Positions 25,101 through 39,083 of a stretch of DNA of 64,000 nt are shown in pieces. Source of the DNA: Eledone cirrhosa (lineage: Eukaryota); contig OZ024740.1 of NCBI GenBank assembly GCA_964016885.1, positions 201,934,001 to 201,998,000 of the forward strand. Direction: 5' to 3'. Within the stretch, counting starts at the first letter, position 1. Every line of letters begins with the position of its first letter. The translations under genes and the position numbers were made by a program. A model generated the notes under the pieces. It had not been told where the DNA came from. It saw nothing but the letters and a program-made list of their open reading frames with translations, and ran no database searches.

Positions 25101-26807
25101 TACAAGATGAAATGCACTTGGTGGAAAACAAGATTGTATGTTGGTCCCCTCGCCCACCTGGAGGTCAGTGGCTTTATTTGAGTATTGACCAGTTTGTGAT
25201 AAGTCCAACACTTGCTAGCAGGGAAAACAGATGCTAAACAATGCTGATATATATAAACACTCATATATCATCATTTTAAGTCTGCTTTTTATGCTAGCAT
25301 GCATTGAACTATATGGGTGTGTAAAGATATATGGCCTAACTGTTAGGGTGTTAGATTCATGATCACAAGGTCATAGGTTTGGTTCCAGGACCGAGCAGTG
25401 CATTATGTTATTGAGCAAGATGCTTCATTTCACTTTGTTTTTCATGATAGGACTGAGACCACTATCAATAAAATACCCAGAAAAACTCCTATGAGATGCA
25501 ACCCTCTATGAGGCCAGCTAAATTTGTATAGGTGTGAGCTGTAAATTTCATTTCATTTTCATATTTGTGTCTGTGTCTATGTCTTGAAACTTTGCAGTTC
25601 AACAAAAAAAAAGAGAGATTGGTCAAATAAGTACCAAACTTGAAAAAATATACTGGGGTTAATATAATTGATAAAAATGTGATATGAAACAGTAATACAT
25701 TGACAATATATTATCTTGGTTGCTTTATGCCTCCTAAACCTAGAATAAGCTCTAGTCTTGAACTTTAAACCTAGAATGGGATAAATGTTGCAATAAATTT
25801 CATGCTGGAAAGTAAAGCCAGATTAAAGCTAAAGAATATTTGGCACTCCAGCATCTGCTTGCTATAAACTTAATGAAAATTTAAAGTACATGAAGGTTGA
25901 CTTATACATAGAACAATGCTGAGATTCCATCATTGTTCCATGCTAACTTCTAAAGAAAAGGAAGATTATTTAATGCTTTTCATACCAAACCATCCCTCGT
26001 TTTATATTAAAGAACTGTTTTAACCCTTTAGCATTTACTCTGTATATATACCATTGTATTTTCATGGTAAACACTTTACTTCACTTAATTACCTCACATA
26101 ATATTAGTAATATAACTAACTTTCTAATTATTTAGCTGCTTCTTGGAATATAACTTAACCAAGGTTTTTACATAAAATTATGATGGAAGGTTTCTATGAT
26201 ATTTTTATACTATTTATTTTAAGAACAATACCTTAACATTAGTATGAGAGGCTGATTACAGCTGGTTTGAACAGAAAGAGGTGAGAGAATTCTGGCCGGA
26301 TATGGCCAGTTTAAATGCTAAAGGTTGAAGTGCTTATATGTATCTAAAAACCTTACATTATAATTTTATGTAAGAACCTTTGTTAAGTTATGGTCTAAAT
26401 GCTTGTTAATTCATATTACTAAACTTCTCCAAATTTTTTATTATTTTCAAAATTATTTGAAAATCATAAGCTGTGTCTTTCCTGAGAAATATAATAATGA
26501 AAGGGTTAAAACACCAGCTATATTGTTCTAAATTTCAACAAAAGTGTCTTATTTCATAGTTATATTTTAATAACTTTAATAATGATAACAGTGTTGCTAT
26601 ACCAATTTTGAACCTATTTCTGATGGTCGAAGTATAAAATCATACAGGAACTTTAGATAAAAATTCTTTCTTAAGAAAATTCTAAGATTTCTGATTTTAT
26701 AATCACACATGCTCGGGATGAATCTCTATCAGTTGAAACATGTGTTAGTTTGACAGCATATCGACTCTTTGGTGTTTCTTATTCTTTATATTTTAATATA
26801 TTTTAAT

Positions 26808-27066
26808 CCTTTTATTACCATATTTCTCATGAAAGACACTGCCTAAGATTTGCAAATCATTTTTAAAATAATATAAAATTTGGAAGGATTTAGTAATATA
26901 AATAACTTTCTAATTATTAAGCTGCTTCTTGGAATATAACTTAACCAAGGTTTTTACATAAAATTATGTTGGAAGGTTTTTAGATAAATATAATCACTTT
27001 ACAATAAACAGCATCACATTGTAGAACCTGGAGTGGTCTCAGGCAGTTTGGTTTTAAAAGGGTTAA
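26808..27066. mobile_element. Second TTAA-flanked AT-rich MITE family (piggyBac-like)
   Basis: ttaa-(t/c)ccttt...aaaaggg-ttaa. Internal gaaagacactgcc and cataacttaac..aggtt.ttacataaaattatg shared with about 15.3-15.9, 16.9-17.1, 26.35-26.5, 28.5-28.7 and 55.0-55.5 kb. Confidence 0.6.
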
Positions 27067-27207
27067 CACAGAACATGGCTTCTCCCCAGAAGTCCTGGGC
27101 TGCAGCTCACTTAGCCCATATGTAAATATGGTACTGCTAGAAATGTATGTTATCTTTCCCAATATTCACCTTTTTGTCATTAAAGTTGTACTTTCATCTT
27201 TCAACAG

Positions 27208-27286
27208 ATAGATCTGACTACAAAACTCTTCTCGGAAGTTTGGATTATGCCTTTCTCTTCACGTATGCTATTGGAATGTTTCTCAG
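27208..27286 (+). CDS. SLC37A2: SLC37A2-like exon 4 (DRSDYKTLLGSLDYAFLFTYAIGMFLS)
   Basis: tttcaacag acceptor, GT donor, LLG.LD.AFL..YAIGMF.S motif. Confidence 0.93.
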
Positions 27287-27314
27287 GTATAATGATGATA
27301 AATAATATAACAAC

Positions 27315-28090
27315 AGTTTCTTTATTAACCACATAGGGCTCACATTCAGGATGGTACCGTGTGGGTTTTAGCATGTAAAAAAGTTTTAAAAACAAGGAAA
27401 CAAAGGAAAACATGTAAAAAAATATAATAAATTCCCCAATAGGAGAGACTTCCAAGGGTCACTCTTAGGGAAAGCCCACTAAAAGCCACAGTCACCCTAA
27501 CCACTAGGGCAAGCATCCCACTCCCAGTTGTCTTCCTCCAGTCTACAGGTACATATTCAGAGCAGACCTATTCACTCTGACCATGTTTGCCACTTTCACC
27601 CACCTTTCAACAAATTGGTTGGAAAAAGTGAAACCTGGAAAGGTCAATCTAGGCTTTGCTGAAGGGGAAAATGCATGTCTTCAACCCTTTCAAACATGTC
27701 CACCACACAACTTTTTTTCCATGGCCACCAGGCAGATAAAAACTGCCTGCCCTTCCCAGCTAAAGGAATCTTCATGATACACTCAGCTGATAGCCAGATC
27801 TATCCCAGCTGATGGAACTTCCATGCCTGTAAAGTTTATCTTGAACTTGCTATGCTCCTCAAGAGCACTGCCAGGTCAAGGATTTCTGGAGGTTATCCAT
27901 GAGCCCTGGACAGAGAGTCCTCCGGAAAAGCATGGCTAGTTGATATTCGTTGACACCCTGCAGATAAGATGGCTAAAGCAACATTGCTGTGAAGCACAAC
28001 CAGCGACACCCGCTGCATCGGACATTCCACCTCACAGGACTCCCTCCTTGATGTCTCTGTCCTAATTTGGTTGAGGAAAATGGCAATATG
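27315..28090 (-). mobile_element. Tx1/L1-like LINE 3' fragment
   Basis: Minus-strand remnant QKSLTWQCS.GA..VQDKLYRHG (zf-RVT-like) and EGQAVF.CLVAM. The 3' end is shared with 36300-36800 and 42075-42575. Confidence 0.55.
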
Positions 28091-29608
28091 GAAACTGAGG
28101 ACACCAGAGGTTTTGTTATAAGTTTGGTGTTTTATAATTTAAGTAGAGAACAACATATAATTCATTTCAGGTGATTTGGGTATTGAGGTATTTATTAACT
28201 TATATTTCATTTGAGAGGTATATTAATAAAGGTTCTGTGGTATTAAGAGTAATTAAAATGCTGTGGTACTGACATTAAATTTCAGATATACAGTAGGTAA
28301 TTAAGGTGTTGTGGTACTAACATATAATTTAAGATGTACCTTAAATCAATTTAGCTGAAAACTAACAAGAAAAACTGATGCAGTGAGTGTTGCTGGCTGT
28401 TCTCCACAGCAATGATTTCACCATCTTGTCCATAAAGCACAGATATACTGCCCAGCCATGGGGGTAGAGTTTGCCCCCTCCTTTCCCAATTTACTTGTGT
28501 ATATAGTAAAAATTTTACTGCACAGCTTCACCCTTCCATTACCATATTTCTAATGAAGGACACTGAATTTCAAAATAATTAAGAGATTTATCAATATAAT
28601 TATATCATTAATTATTAAGTGATTGGAACCTAATTCAATGGTTCTTACATAAAATTATGACGTAAGGTTTTTAGACTAATTTAAATATTTTCAAATAAAC
28701 AAGTTTGTATCATAGAAACAACGGCAGTTTCGTATCGAGGAGTCAATGATGTATAAGCAGTATTGAAATGGAATATATTGGTTTGTTGTGAATGAGAAGA
28801 AGAAATCTAACATTTCAGACATAACCCTATATTGGAGAGAGAGGAGCTGTTATCTCATGGTACTGAATAAATAGAATGGGTGTAATGAGAGACACAGAGT
28901 AGAGAAAATAGGGGGAAATGTGAAGTAAAACGTGCCGAAAAGGGAGATGATCAACAAGACTGGTAAATTTGTAAAACCAGAATGGTAGAATGAAAGACTG
29001 CTTTTTTTGTTTTAACTGGCTTAATGAGAAGAGGAGGGTAGCACCCATAACTCTTGTTCTAACATATAATCCATACAAATGTAATATAGTCACAATCCCT
29101 TACTATTAACAATATACTGAATCATCATATCAATTAATTTGTGACTATCTGTATTAACTGCGAAGGCATGTGGCTTAGCGGTTAGAGTGTTTGTCATGGG
29201 TCTTGTCTTATTCCAGAACTGGACATTGTATTGTGTTCTTAAGCAAGGTGCTTCATTTCTTCTTCTTGTTTTTATGATTGGACTGGGGTCCATATTAAAA
29301 CACCCAAGATACCACCTCTGAGATAGAGCCTCTTATAAGGCCAGAGAACCTGCATAAGTGTGAGCTGTAAATTTCATTTTTTTTTTTTCTCAATATGATT
29401 GTTATATTATTAAATTGACCCAAATTCTTGAAGATGATAGTCTTTCATTAGAAATATAGTACAAAAGGGGTAATATACTTTATTTAACATTTCTTATCCA
29501 CCCTTTTTTCTCTTCCTCCCTCCTTATTCTCTCTCTTACACTCTTTCTTCCCCCTCTCCCTTACTCTCTTTCTCTTTTAATGTTATTTTCCTCTCTCTCT
29601 CTCTCTAG

Positions 29609-29744
29609 TGGTCATATAGCAGAACGTGTCAATCTGCGCTACTTTCTCACCACTGGTATGATCCTCAGTGGTATTTTAACTGCTGCATTTGGTTTTGGTT
29701 ATTTCTTCAACATCCATGTAATTGCTTATTACATCGTTGTACAG
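29609..29744 (+). CDS. SLC37A2: SLC37A2-like exon 5 (GHIAERVNLRYFLTTGMILSG...YIVVQ)
   Basis: (CT)n-AG acceptor, gtaact donor; lies inside ORF 29580..29825. Confidence 0.94.
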
Positions 29745-31828
29745 GTAACTATATATAGTCTTATATTCTTTCATTGGTTTCAGTCATATACTGTGCCTAT
29801 GCAGGAACATCACCTTAATCTTTAGCATGCTAGAAATTTTTATGAATTGTTTCCCTTGACACTGCATTATGTATTAAGGGGAGATTACTCTATTGGTGAC
29901 TTATTGCACCTGGAGCATCCAGAAGGTTAAAGTCAAATCAATTATATCGAATCTACTACTTACTTTTTCAAGACTGGAACATATTTTATGGAACTGTTAA
30001 GTTATAGGACATATATACAGTCACATACACAATTGTAAACACTGACATTAGCACACACTCACTTTCCTGACATTTGTGCATTATTCTATGTACTATACAT
30101 TCACCTTTGATGAGTTGTGCACCTGATCACTGTACACAATAATTTTCATTATTATTATTATATACATACAAACAACAGACTTCTGCAGTTTCTATCTACC
30201 AAATTTCACTCACCAGACATTCTACCAAACAACAGACTTCTACCAAATTTCACTCACCAGACATTGGTCAATTTGAATCTATAGTAGAAGGCACGTAAAG
30301 TATAGTGCTGTGGAACTGAGCATGAAAGTGTTTATATTTATCCAGTACACCCTGTGAGGTGATTGGCAACAGGAAGGGCACCCCACCGTAGAAACTATGC
30401 CAAAAAACAGTTGAGAGGACCCTTCTATTTTGTCACTGCAAGACAAATTCTCCAGTGTTGGTGTTAAGAAAGGCATCCAGTTGTAAAAAGCTTGAACAAA
30501 GGGTTGGGAGGTCCTTTCATTTGTTTCAAGGAGATGACAACTTCCTTAATGTTGGTGGTCTACATGATAAATGCACCCAGTATACGCTGTAAAGTGGTTG
30601 ATGATAGGAAGGACATCCAGCTATGGAAAGTTTGCCAAGAAAAGAGTTGGGAAAACTTGTATCAAAGACATGACCTTTCTCATGCTGGTGCACTCAATAG
30701 AGTGTGAGACCATACATAAGCATAATGCAGACCTGTCCAACCCTTGCTAACAGGGAAAACGGATGTTAAACAATGATGATTTTGATGATGATAAAAATCT
30801 TCTATTGTAATTTTATTTAAGAATGTTTGTTTTGTTCCAAATTCTATATAAATAATGAGAAAATTATTAATGTTACTAAACCCCTCCATATTCATGATTA
30901 CTTTCAAAAGGGTTTGAAAATCATTATTAGAAATAAGGAAACAAAAGAAGGTTAAATCAGGTAACAGATTAAGCCTACCACCCACAATATCTTTATGTGG
31001 AGCTAGATAAACTATTAAATCATGGCAGCAGTGCTATCACATTACAGAGTGTACCAAATGTATTTTATTGTGAATACCTGTTCATTATTATTAGTATTGT
31101 TTAATTTTGCCTTTCATCCTTACGAGGTCGATAAAATAAAGTACTAGTAATGCACTGGGTAATTGCTGGCCTTGTGCCAAAAGTAGAAACAATTATTGTT
31201 TCCATATTCCATACTTAGATAAAAGTGCAATGTTTGTTATTGTTTGTGCCAGGTCAGACCTATTATCAAATGTATGTTTTTGCCATCATCACAAACATTT
31301 TTTCAGACAAAGTGTGGGCACAGACATGACTGTATGGTTAAAAAGTTTGCTTCACAACCATGTAGTTTCAGGTTTCATCACACTGCATAGCACATTGTGT
31401 ATGTGTCCACCTTACAGGCTGAACCATAGAAACCATGCCAAATATGGAACTTTTAAGTTAGACATGGTTCCTCAACCAGTCTAATTTCAGACCATGACAG
31501 CCTAACCAACCCAGCATGGAAAGCAGACATAAAATTATGATGATGTACAGACATGGTTGCTACCATAAATAATTGTTTCTACTTTTGGCACAAGGCCAGC
31601 AATTTCCCAGTACATTACTGTTACTTTATTTTATCGACCCTGTAAGGATGAAAGACCATAAATAATACACAAAGACCCTAATGGAATTTTCTATCAGGGG
31701 GTCCATGCAAACTTACTCTGCCTCAGTATGTTTCTTTTAAAAAGTCAAAAATAATATTGTAAAACTAAAATAGCATTTCGTATGATAATTGAATTTATAA
31801 CTTATAATTTTTTAATCTTAATTTTCAG

Positions 31829-31905
31829 GTATTTTGTGGTTTATTTCAAGCAACAGGATGGCCCAGTGTCGTTACATACATGGGAAATTGGTTTGGTAAG
31901 GGGAA
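31829..31905 (+). CDS. SLC37A2: SLC37A2-like exon 6 (VFCGLFQATGWPSVVTYMGNWFGKG)
   Basis: ttttcag acceptor, gtaagt donor, GlpT/UhpT-family Q..GWP motif. Confidence 0.95.
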
Positions 31906-32114
31906 GTAAGTAGAATCAGTGTTATTCATAAATTTATTATTACAGGTGGAAACATGGCTGTGTGGTTAGAGCCAGAGTTATCGTATATTTCTTGTTTATG
32001 ATATGAAAAATTTTGAACTAAAATTAAGGGTAAAAATAGGGGAGTGCTGTTATTATACCTGAGTACACCTTTTCAGAAATCTTTACTGAGTTTTAAAATA
32101 TAGTATAATAATAT

Positions 32115-32295
32115 AATTGTTTCTACTTTTGGCACAAGGCCAGCAATTACCCCAGTGCATTACTGGTACTTTATTTTATCGACCCCATAAGGATGAAAGG
32201 CAAAGTTAACCTCGGCGGGATTTGAACTCAGACCATAAAGGGCCGTAACTCTTTGCTGCAAAGCATGGCGTCCAACCCTCTACCGATACTGCCAA
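32115..32295 (-). mobile_element. tRNA-headed SINE, family A
   Basis: Full A box, B box, core and tail. Confidence 0.85.
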
Positions 32296-32826
32296 TAATA
32301 TAATGAAAATTATTGTGTACAGTGCTCAGGTGCACTACCTTTAGCATTTACATTACTCTATATTTACTATTGTATTTCCACAGTAAAGGTTTTATCTCAT
32401 ATAATTATCTTACATAATATCAAAGCTACGAGATTTTGATGATGTTATTTTTTTTTAAAACAATACCTTAATATTAATATGAGCGGCCGGTTATGGCCAG
32501 TTTAAACAGAAAGAGGTGAGAGAATTCTGGCCGGATACAGCTAGTTTAAATGCTAAAGGGTTAATGGGTTATTTACTCAAGTTTATTTCCAAGTTATTAT
32601 GAAGTCCTTAAGACTCTAATGAATATTTATGCTAGATCAGAGGATATATTTGAGGATTTAGGGTAAACTTAAGGTAGATACAATTACTGCCTTAGCTGAG
32701 AAAAGAATGAATTGTGAACACTTCGCAATTCACTCTTCTCGCAGTTAAGGTTTCTAATTAAAAATGGTAGCTATATATACCTTAAGTTTAACCTAAACTT
32801 TAATACTCTGTCTGTTTTAATTCCAG

Positions 32827-32993
32827 CCGTGGTTTAATAATGGGAATCTGGAATTCTCATACATCAGTAGGAAATATTCTTGGTTCTGTTATCGCTGGAG
32901 AATTTGTTGAAACCAACTGGGGATGGTCTTTTGTTGTTCCTGGTATAATTATTGGTGTCATGGGTGTATTTGCCTTTCTCTTTATGGTCCACA
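32827..32993 (+). CDS. SLC37A2: SLC37A2-like exon 7 (RGLIMGIWNSHTSVGNILGS...FLFMVH)
   Basis: ttccag acceptor, gtaagt donor, signature WNSHTSVGNILG. Confidence 0.95.
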
Positions 32994-33589
32994 GTAAGTA
33001 CAATGTTTCCTAGAATGTTCTTCGTTGACAATATTTTTATTATGTGGATACAGGATGGCTGTATGGTTAAGAAGTTTGCTTCACACTCAATAGGTCCACC
33101 GTTTGATCTCCGTGCATGAAATCTTGGGCAAGAGTCAAACTGGATTGATGGAAACTGTTTGGAAGTGTGCCAGATGGACTGTACTTGTTATTCAAAGGTC
33201 CAGCCTTGTAACAGCTTGTGTCATGCTGAATCTCCCTGAGAACTATGTTAAAATTACACATGTCTGTGAAATGTTCAATCACTTACACCTTTAATACAAG
33301 ATTGTGTGTACTGGTAATTCTAAGGGCCAGTTTTGTCACACCTTGTGTCATGCTGAATCTCCCTGAGAATTATGTTTAAGTTACACATGTCTGTGAAATG
33401 CTCAACCACTTAAACATTAATTTCACAGGTAGGCTGTTCTGAACACCTGGAACACTCATCCTTGTAACAGTCACTTATCCATTTTATTTAACTTCATCTA
33501 AATGGATGATTGCATTGATGATGTTTTAAATCTTTGAGTCATCAAGTTATATCTTTGTTTTATGAGATGCTTTTTAAAAATACAAGGGT

Positions 33590-33945
33590 CTTTGCAGTAA
33601 TGTAATTCGATAGAGTGCGTAGCTCGGAGATCAGAGAGTCACTCCAGGTAGAGCCACTACTTCTCCGAATTGACAGATCACAGCTCCAATACTATGGGCT
33701 TGTGGTTAGAATGTCTCAGGAAAGAATCGCTGGACAGATTTGATGAACAAAACCAACCAGCAGGTGACCCAGGGGTAGACCCCGAGCAAGATGTTTGGGT
33801 TACATCCATGAACTTGGCTGGTTTTGCTTGGGGCTCCAGCCAGATCAGTTGGAGACGGTTGCTTCTGACAGGACCCACTGGAAGGAGTTGCTTGAGGACT
33901 CTGCCTCCACGACACTCTCAAGAATAAGTGGGTGAAGAAGAAGAA
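33590..33945 (+). mobile_element. RTE-type LINE 3' fragment
   Basis: ORF 33670..33927 remnant ending RRLLLTGPTGRSCLRTLPPR, with a gaagaagaag tail. Confidence 0.6.
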
Positions 33946-34497
33946 TTTATTTGACTGGGATAACTATGTGGTTAAAAACTTCTCTTCGCAACTGCATAGT
34001 TTAGGATTCATTCCAACAGCATGTCATCTGGAGCAAGTCTTCTATTATAGCCTCAGGTTGACCAATACCTTGTCACTAAAATTTCATAGATGAAACTGCA
34101 GAAGCCTGTTGTTTAAATGTGTATGTCTGTTCATGTCCTATAATGGATCAATAAAATAAATACCAAGCTTGAAAAAATATGTACTTCAATCAATATGATT
34201 GACTCTATCCCCTTAACCCTTTACTATTGTATTTTTGTGGTAAAGGCTTTATCTCACATAAAATTGAATCTATGAGATTTTGATATTATTTATTTTGAGA
34301 ACAATACCTTAACATCAGTATGAGTGGCCAGTTATGGCCGGTTTGGACAGAGAGGGGTGAGAATTCTGGCTGGATACAGTTAGTTTAAACTATAAAAAGT
34401 TAAGGCATTGCTCTATAATGGCCACAGTCTAATGACTAAAATTATTAAAAGTGTAAATTATCACTTTGTTTAATTATATATTTAAAATAAATTTCAG

Positions 34498-34550
34498 AAC
34501 CTGAATTTGTTGGCTGTACTCCTCCAGATGTTGCCTGTACTCCTGCAGAT
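34498..34550 (+). CDS. SLC37A2: SLC37A2-like exon 8 (KPEFVGCTPPDVACTPAD)
   Basis: tttcag acceptor, gtaagt donor, PE.V.C.PP motif, phases fit. Confidence 0.85.
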
Positions 34551-35084
34551 GTAAGTTGGTTTATTTATAACATATTACTTATTTTGGTACCATATGTTTT
34601 TATTGTTTAATCAGGAAGCGAAAGGCAGTGCCCATGATTCATTAAAGGGCCTTCGAGATTGATGGGAGGGTGTTAAACTGGACAACATATTAGGTCTGTC
34701 ACACAAGTAGACCCCAATCTACCTCTTCCTGCGCTCTCATTCTGCCAATCTACTGCTTTAGATTGGTACTTTATTTGATCACTCCTTGAAAAGATGAAAA
34801 GGCAGAGCTGGCCTTGGTTGCAACATCTAGTCTCCTGTGAGCTCTAGGCATCTATCTAAACAACCCTATTGTTGCTGTTTTATATGACAGTTACAGTGTG
34901 TAATTAACCTGCCTCCCTTGACCCTCTGTAGGTACAATCAGCATATGCTTTGTTGCATGTCTGTGTTTTTCATATCTTTGTATCTATCCATTTAATTTCA
35001 CCTGTGTTACAGTTGATAAAGCTATAAGTTAATATAGTTCATGCAGAGGCCATGAAATCAAATACAATGAAGCACATTTAGTAT

Positions 35085-35690
35085 TATTGTGGTATGGTAA
35101 ATAAATATATATACATATACACCAGGTCTGAACACAAAGGAACCAAACTCCCACTGTCACTGCCTCCGTCTCTCCTGCTCTCGCCATCTTTCACTATTAT
35201 AAGCAAATGGAGGCCTATGTGATGGCTGCCCCCATGGCCCTGACGGACAGAATAAAGAAGGTGTTTCCCCAGAGGATGGTGAGGAAGACGCGCTGGAAGA
35301 GCGATTTCAGTTTGCGAGGCTCACACCTGTAAGTAGCCAACTCTGTGCCAATGGTGGTGAGTAGAGAGGTGGTCCTAGGGCCAAGGACACCAGAAGTCTC
35401 CACTGTTACAGGCTCGAATACAAACCTGTCGGAGAGTGACCGATATTTGGAGAGTCTACCCTCCTTGGCCCGAAGTGCAGCAGAACCTGGGTTAGTCGCA
35501 GACTGCACCAGGTTGCCACTGGAGAATGTCTCACTACATGTGGCATCCCAGATGAGGGATTTACAACCATGGAATGGGAAGATGGTCATACTGTCTGGCC
35601 TTTTGCCATCCCTTCAGTCCAACCCTGCTGGCTTCAGCTGGGAGAGAAAGCTTGCACCATCCACGCCATGCTTTGTGACCTCAAAAGCTA
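35085..35690 (-). mobile_element. CRE-clade non-LTR retrotransposon 3' fragment (restriction-like endonuclease domain)
   Basis: DGKRPD, LIWDATC..TF, KY, FEPVTVETSGVLG and FQRVFLTILWGN in ORF 35215..35589. A second copy of the 3' end lies at about 23250-23365. Confidence 0.75.
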
Positions 35691-38130
35691 TGTTATAACA
35701 GGAACTGCAAGTGTAATTATGGCACTATTTTTGGCATACATTATTACTATTTTCTTTTTTCAAATGTGTGCTGTCATTGTATTACCGAGCTCAGCTCTGT
35801 ATACCTTAGGTATATTCAGTGTCATGTCTGTGGTGGTGTTGTTTCCATTGTATTGAAAGTATTAAGTACGGTGCCTAGTAGTGCTATTTTTTGTATTTTA
35901 TGTAAATTTGTAAGTACTTGTAGGGTTTCTTTGTTTATTATTTATATTTGTATTATTATTGTTGTGTTGTCCTTAATGTTATACTTTGTGTCAACTCTTG
36001 TGGTTATTAAAGAAAGCATTATTATTGTTGTTGTAGAAACTCAAGGATGGAGATCTTCAGCCTTCAGATACAGAGGTTTGTATAATATTTAATATTTAAT
36101 TTGAAATTATTTCTATCTTATATTGTACACTCTGAGTTTGTTTACCTTGTTTTACCATCCAGCATCTTTAGCAGGGAGAATTATTTTATGAATTGCTTCC
36201 CTTGACACTGCATTATATATTAAGGGGAGATTACTCTATTGGTGACATGATGTACCTAGAGCACCCAGAAGATTAACATATATTTGAATGAATAAAAAAG
36301 AAGAATTTCTTTATTAACTACAAAAGGTTTACAAAAAACATTGTAAGAACAGTACCATACAACAGCTTGGTTTTGTGTAAAAATGAGAAATAACAAAAAC
36401 AAAAGGTAATAAATTTTTAAGCAAAGAAAAATTCCCCGTTAGGAAGGAGACATTCAAGGGCTGCTCATGGAAAAAACCCACAAAAAGCCATAATCACCTT
36501 GACTACTGTGACAAGTACCTTCTCCAAGTTGTTCTCCTCCAATTTTCAGGTGCATACTCAAAGTTCACTCAGACGATGTTCTCCACTGTCATCCCCATTT
36601 CAACAATTTTGTTTCCATCTCCCCCCTCTTAATTTCCTTTTCAAGTGAAACTTAAAAATGTCTATAAAGGCTTGTATAAAGAAAAAAGTGTCTGTCTTCA
36701 GCCCTTTTAATTTTGTCCATTATACAACCTCTTTCACCATGGCCAAAGGAAGGCAATGAGGTGATCTTTACAATGGACTCAGCTAATAGCCAATACAGGA
36801 GTATCAGGGAGATCAAATCAGGCCACATTTGCTGCATTTAAAACAAGATAACACTAATCATCATTATTTTCATTTAGCAAATGTTTTCCCTGTTAGCAAG
36901 GGTTGGACAAGTTGTCACAAACCAAGTCAATAATCAAGCAAAGCTACTGACCTCTCAGAGGGGCCTGCATCTCGTTTACATATAATTAGTGCATTCTAGG
37001 GAATTGTCATGTCTTTGATATAGTTAGAGAGTCTCCCTGACCCTTTGTTAAACTGCTTTTCTACAGTTGGATGCCCTTCCTATCTCCAAACACTTTACAG
37101 GGTGTATAGAGCACATTTATCATGTAGATCACCAAAACTAAAGAGATTGTCATGTCTTTGACACAGCTGAAGACCACATTACAGAATGTACTGGGTACAT
37201 TTTATCATGTAGACCACCAACAATAGGGAGATTGTCATACCTTTGAACCGACAGAAGGGTCCTCTTGTTCCTATTTTGGCATGGTTTCTACAGCTGGATG
37301 CTTTTCTTGTCACCAGCCAGTTTGCAGAATGTACTAAGTGCATTTTTTATGACACCAGTTCTAAAGAGGTTGGAATTATAGTAATGTTAATAAAAAAAAT
37401 ATTGCAATGTGAAGACTTTAAAATCCTATCTTTCTAGTTGTTTGTTAATCCACCTCAAAACTGATAAAAACCTCAACTTAATTTTACCAAAATTCTTCAT
37501 TTTAGCTTAAATATCCCTACAAGGTTTGTTCCATGTTCACAGAATTCTCTTATTATGTATTTTCTTTGGTGTAAGGTTTGGCCAGTTAATTTGCTGCATA
37601 TAAATTCTTTTGTTCTATAAATTACATATAACAGTCACATATTCCTTCATCATCATGACTATTTTATCCTCACCATCATCATTTTGTCATCACTGTCATG
37701 ATAAGCAATGTTTTTTCATTCACATATGACTTTGCCAGGTCTTTAATATCTCCTTTCACTGCATGTTTTCCCACATTATTTATAAACCTCTGTCTTCTTG
37801 AATCATATCTAACCACTTTTTTATGTTGTGTTGGTCTATATCTGTGACAGGTACCTTCTTCCAGCACACTTTCTCACCTGCATGCATCTTCATCAGTTAC
37901 ATGATTTATATATATATACCAAAGGTCTGTGGTGCAAAGTGATTTTCTGTTGGGATTCTAATTTTATTTAACTGAATAATTCTATTTTGTGTGGTGTTTT
38001 AGATAGTTTAGGCTTAACATATTTTGTTGTTAGGTAGGGTTGTGCAAGGACAAATATATATACACACATACACACAAATATATATATAAATATATATCAT
38101 CATTATCATCATCATTTTACGATGATGATG

Positions 38131-38181
<51 letters not shown>

Positions 38182-39083
38182 TAGTTGAACTATTTTGGCA
38201 TGGTTTTTCTGATTGGTTGCTTTTCCTATCACCAAGTACATTACAGTGTAGACTGAGTGTATTTTATTGTGCCATCACCACTTGAGAAATTGTCTGTCAG
38301 GACTTCAGTGTCCCCTCTACTGTCTCCTCTACACTATATCAGTTCACTCCACTGAAATATATGACTTTGTACCTGTAATTCAAAGAACCAACCTTGTCAC
38401 ATACTGTGATATGCTGAATCAATCAGAGAACTATTTATTTTTTTCCCCCCCTTTTTTTTTTTGATAAGTGGAGAGATGCCGTACTGAGAAGGATCTGTCC
38501 AGCCCATGCAAGCATGGAAAAGTGGACATAAAACAATGATGAAAGGGTTGGGAAGACCCTTCAATTGTAACAAGGACATGACAATCTTCCTAGTGTTGGG
38601 GATCTATATGATAAACACACCCAGCACAGGCTATAAAGTGGTTGGTGATAGAAATGATATCCAGCCATAGAAAGCTTGATGGTGTCATGATAAAATGAAC
38701 TCGTTAGAGCATGGGACTGTATATAAGCAAGATATGGACCCCCAGCCTGTCTGAGAGGACAGTAGCCCTCCTTGAATAGATTCTGTCTGAGAGGACAGTA
38801 ACCCTGTTTGAGTACTGACTCTGTCTGAGAAGACCAGTCCAACTAGCAGGGAAAAGGGACGTTAAATGATGATGATTCTAATATAAGGTATGCTTTATAT
38901 AATCAACAGGTTTACAATATGAGATACTCTTTATATTGTCAACCATGTTATTACAATATGAGCTGTGTGTGTGTGTGTGTGTTGGACATTACCATATAAG
39001 GTGTTCTTTATACAGTCAACCACTTCATTAAATCTATTATATCTAATGAAATAACCTTTACTTTTTCTTCTCCATTATTGTAG

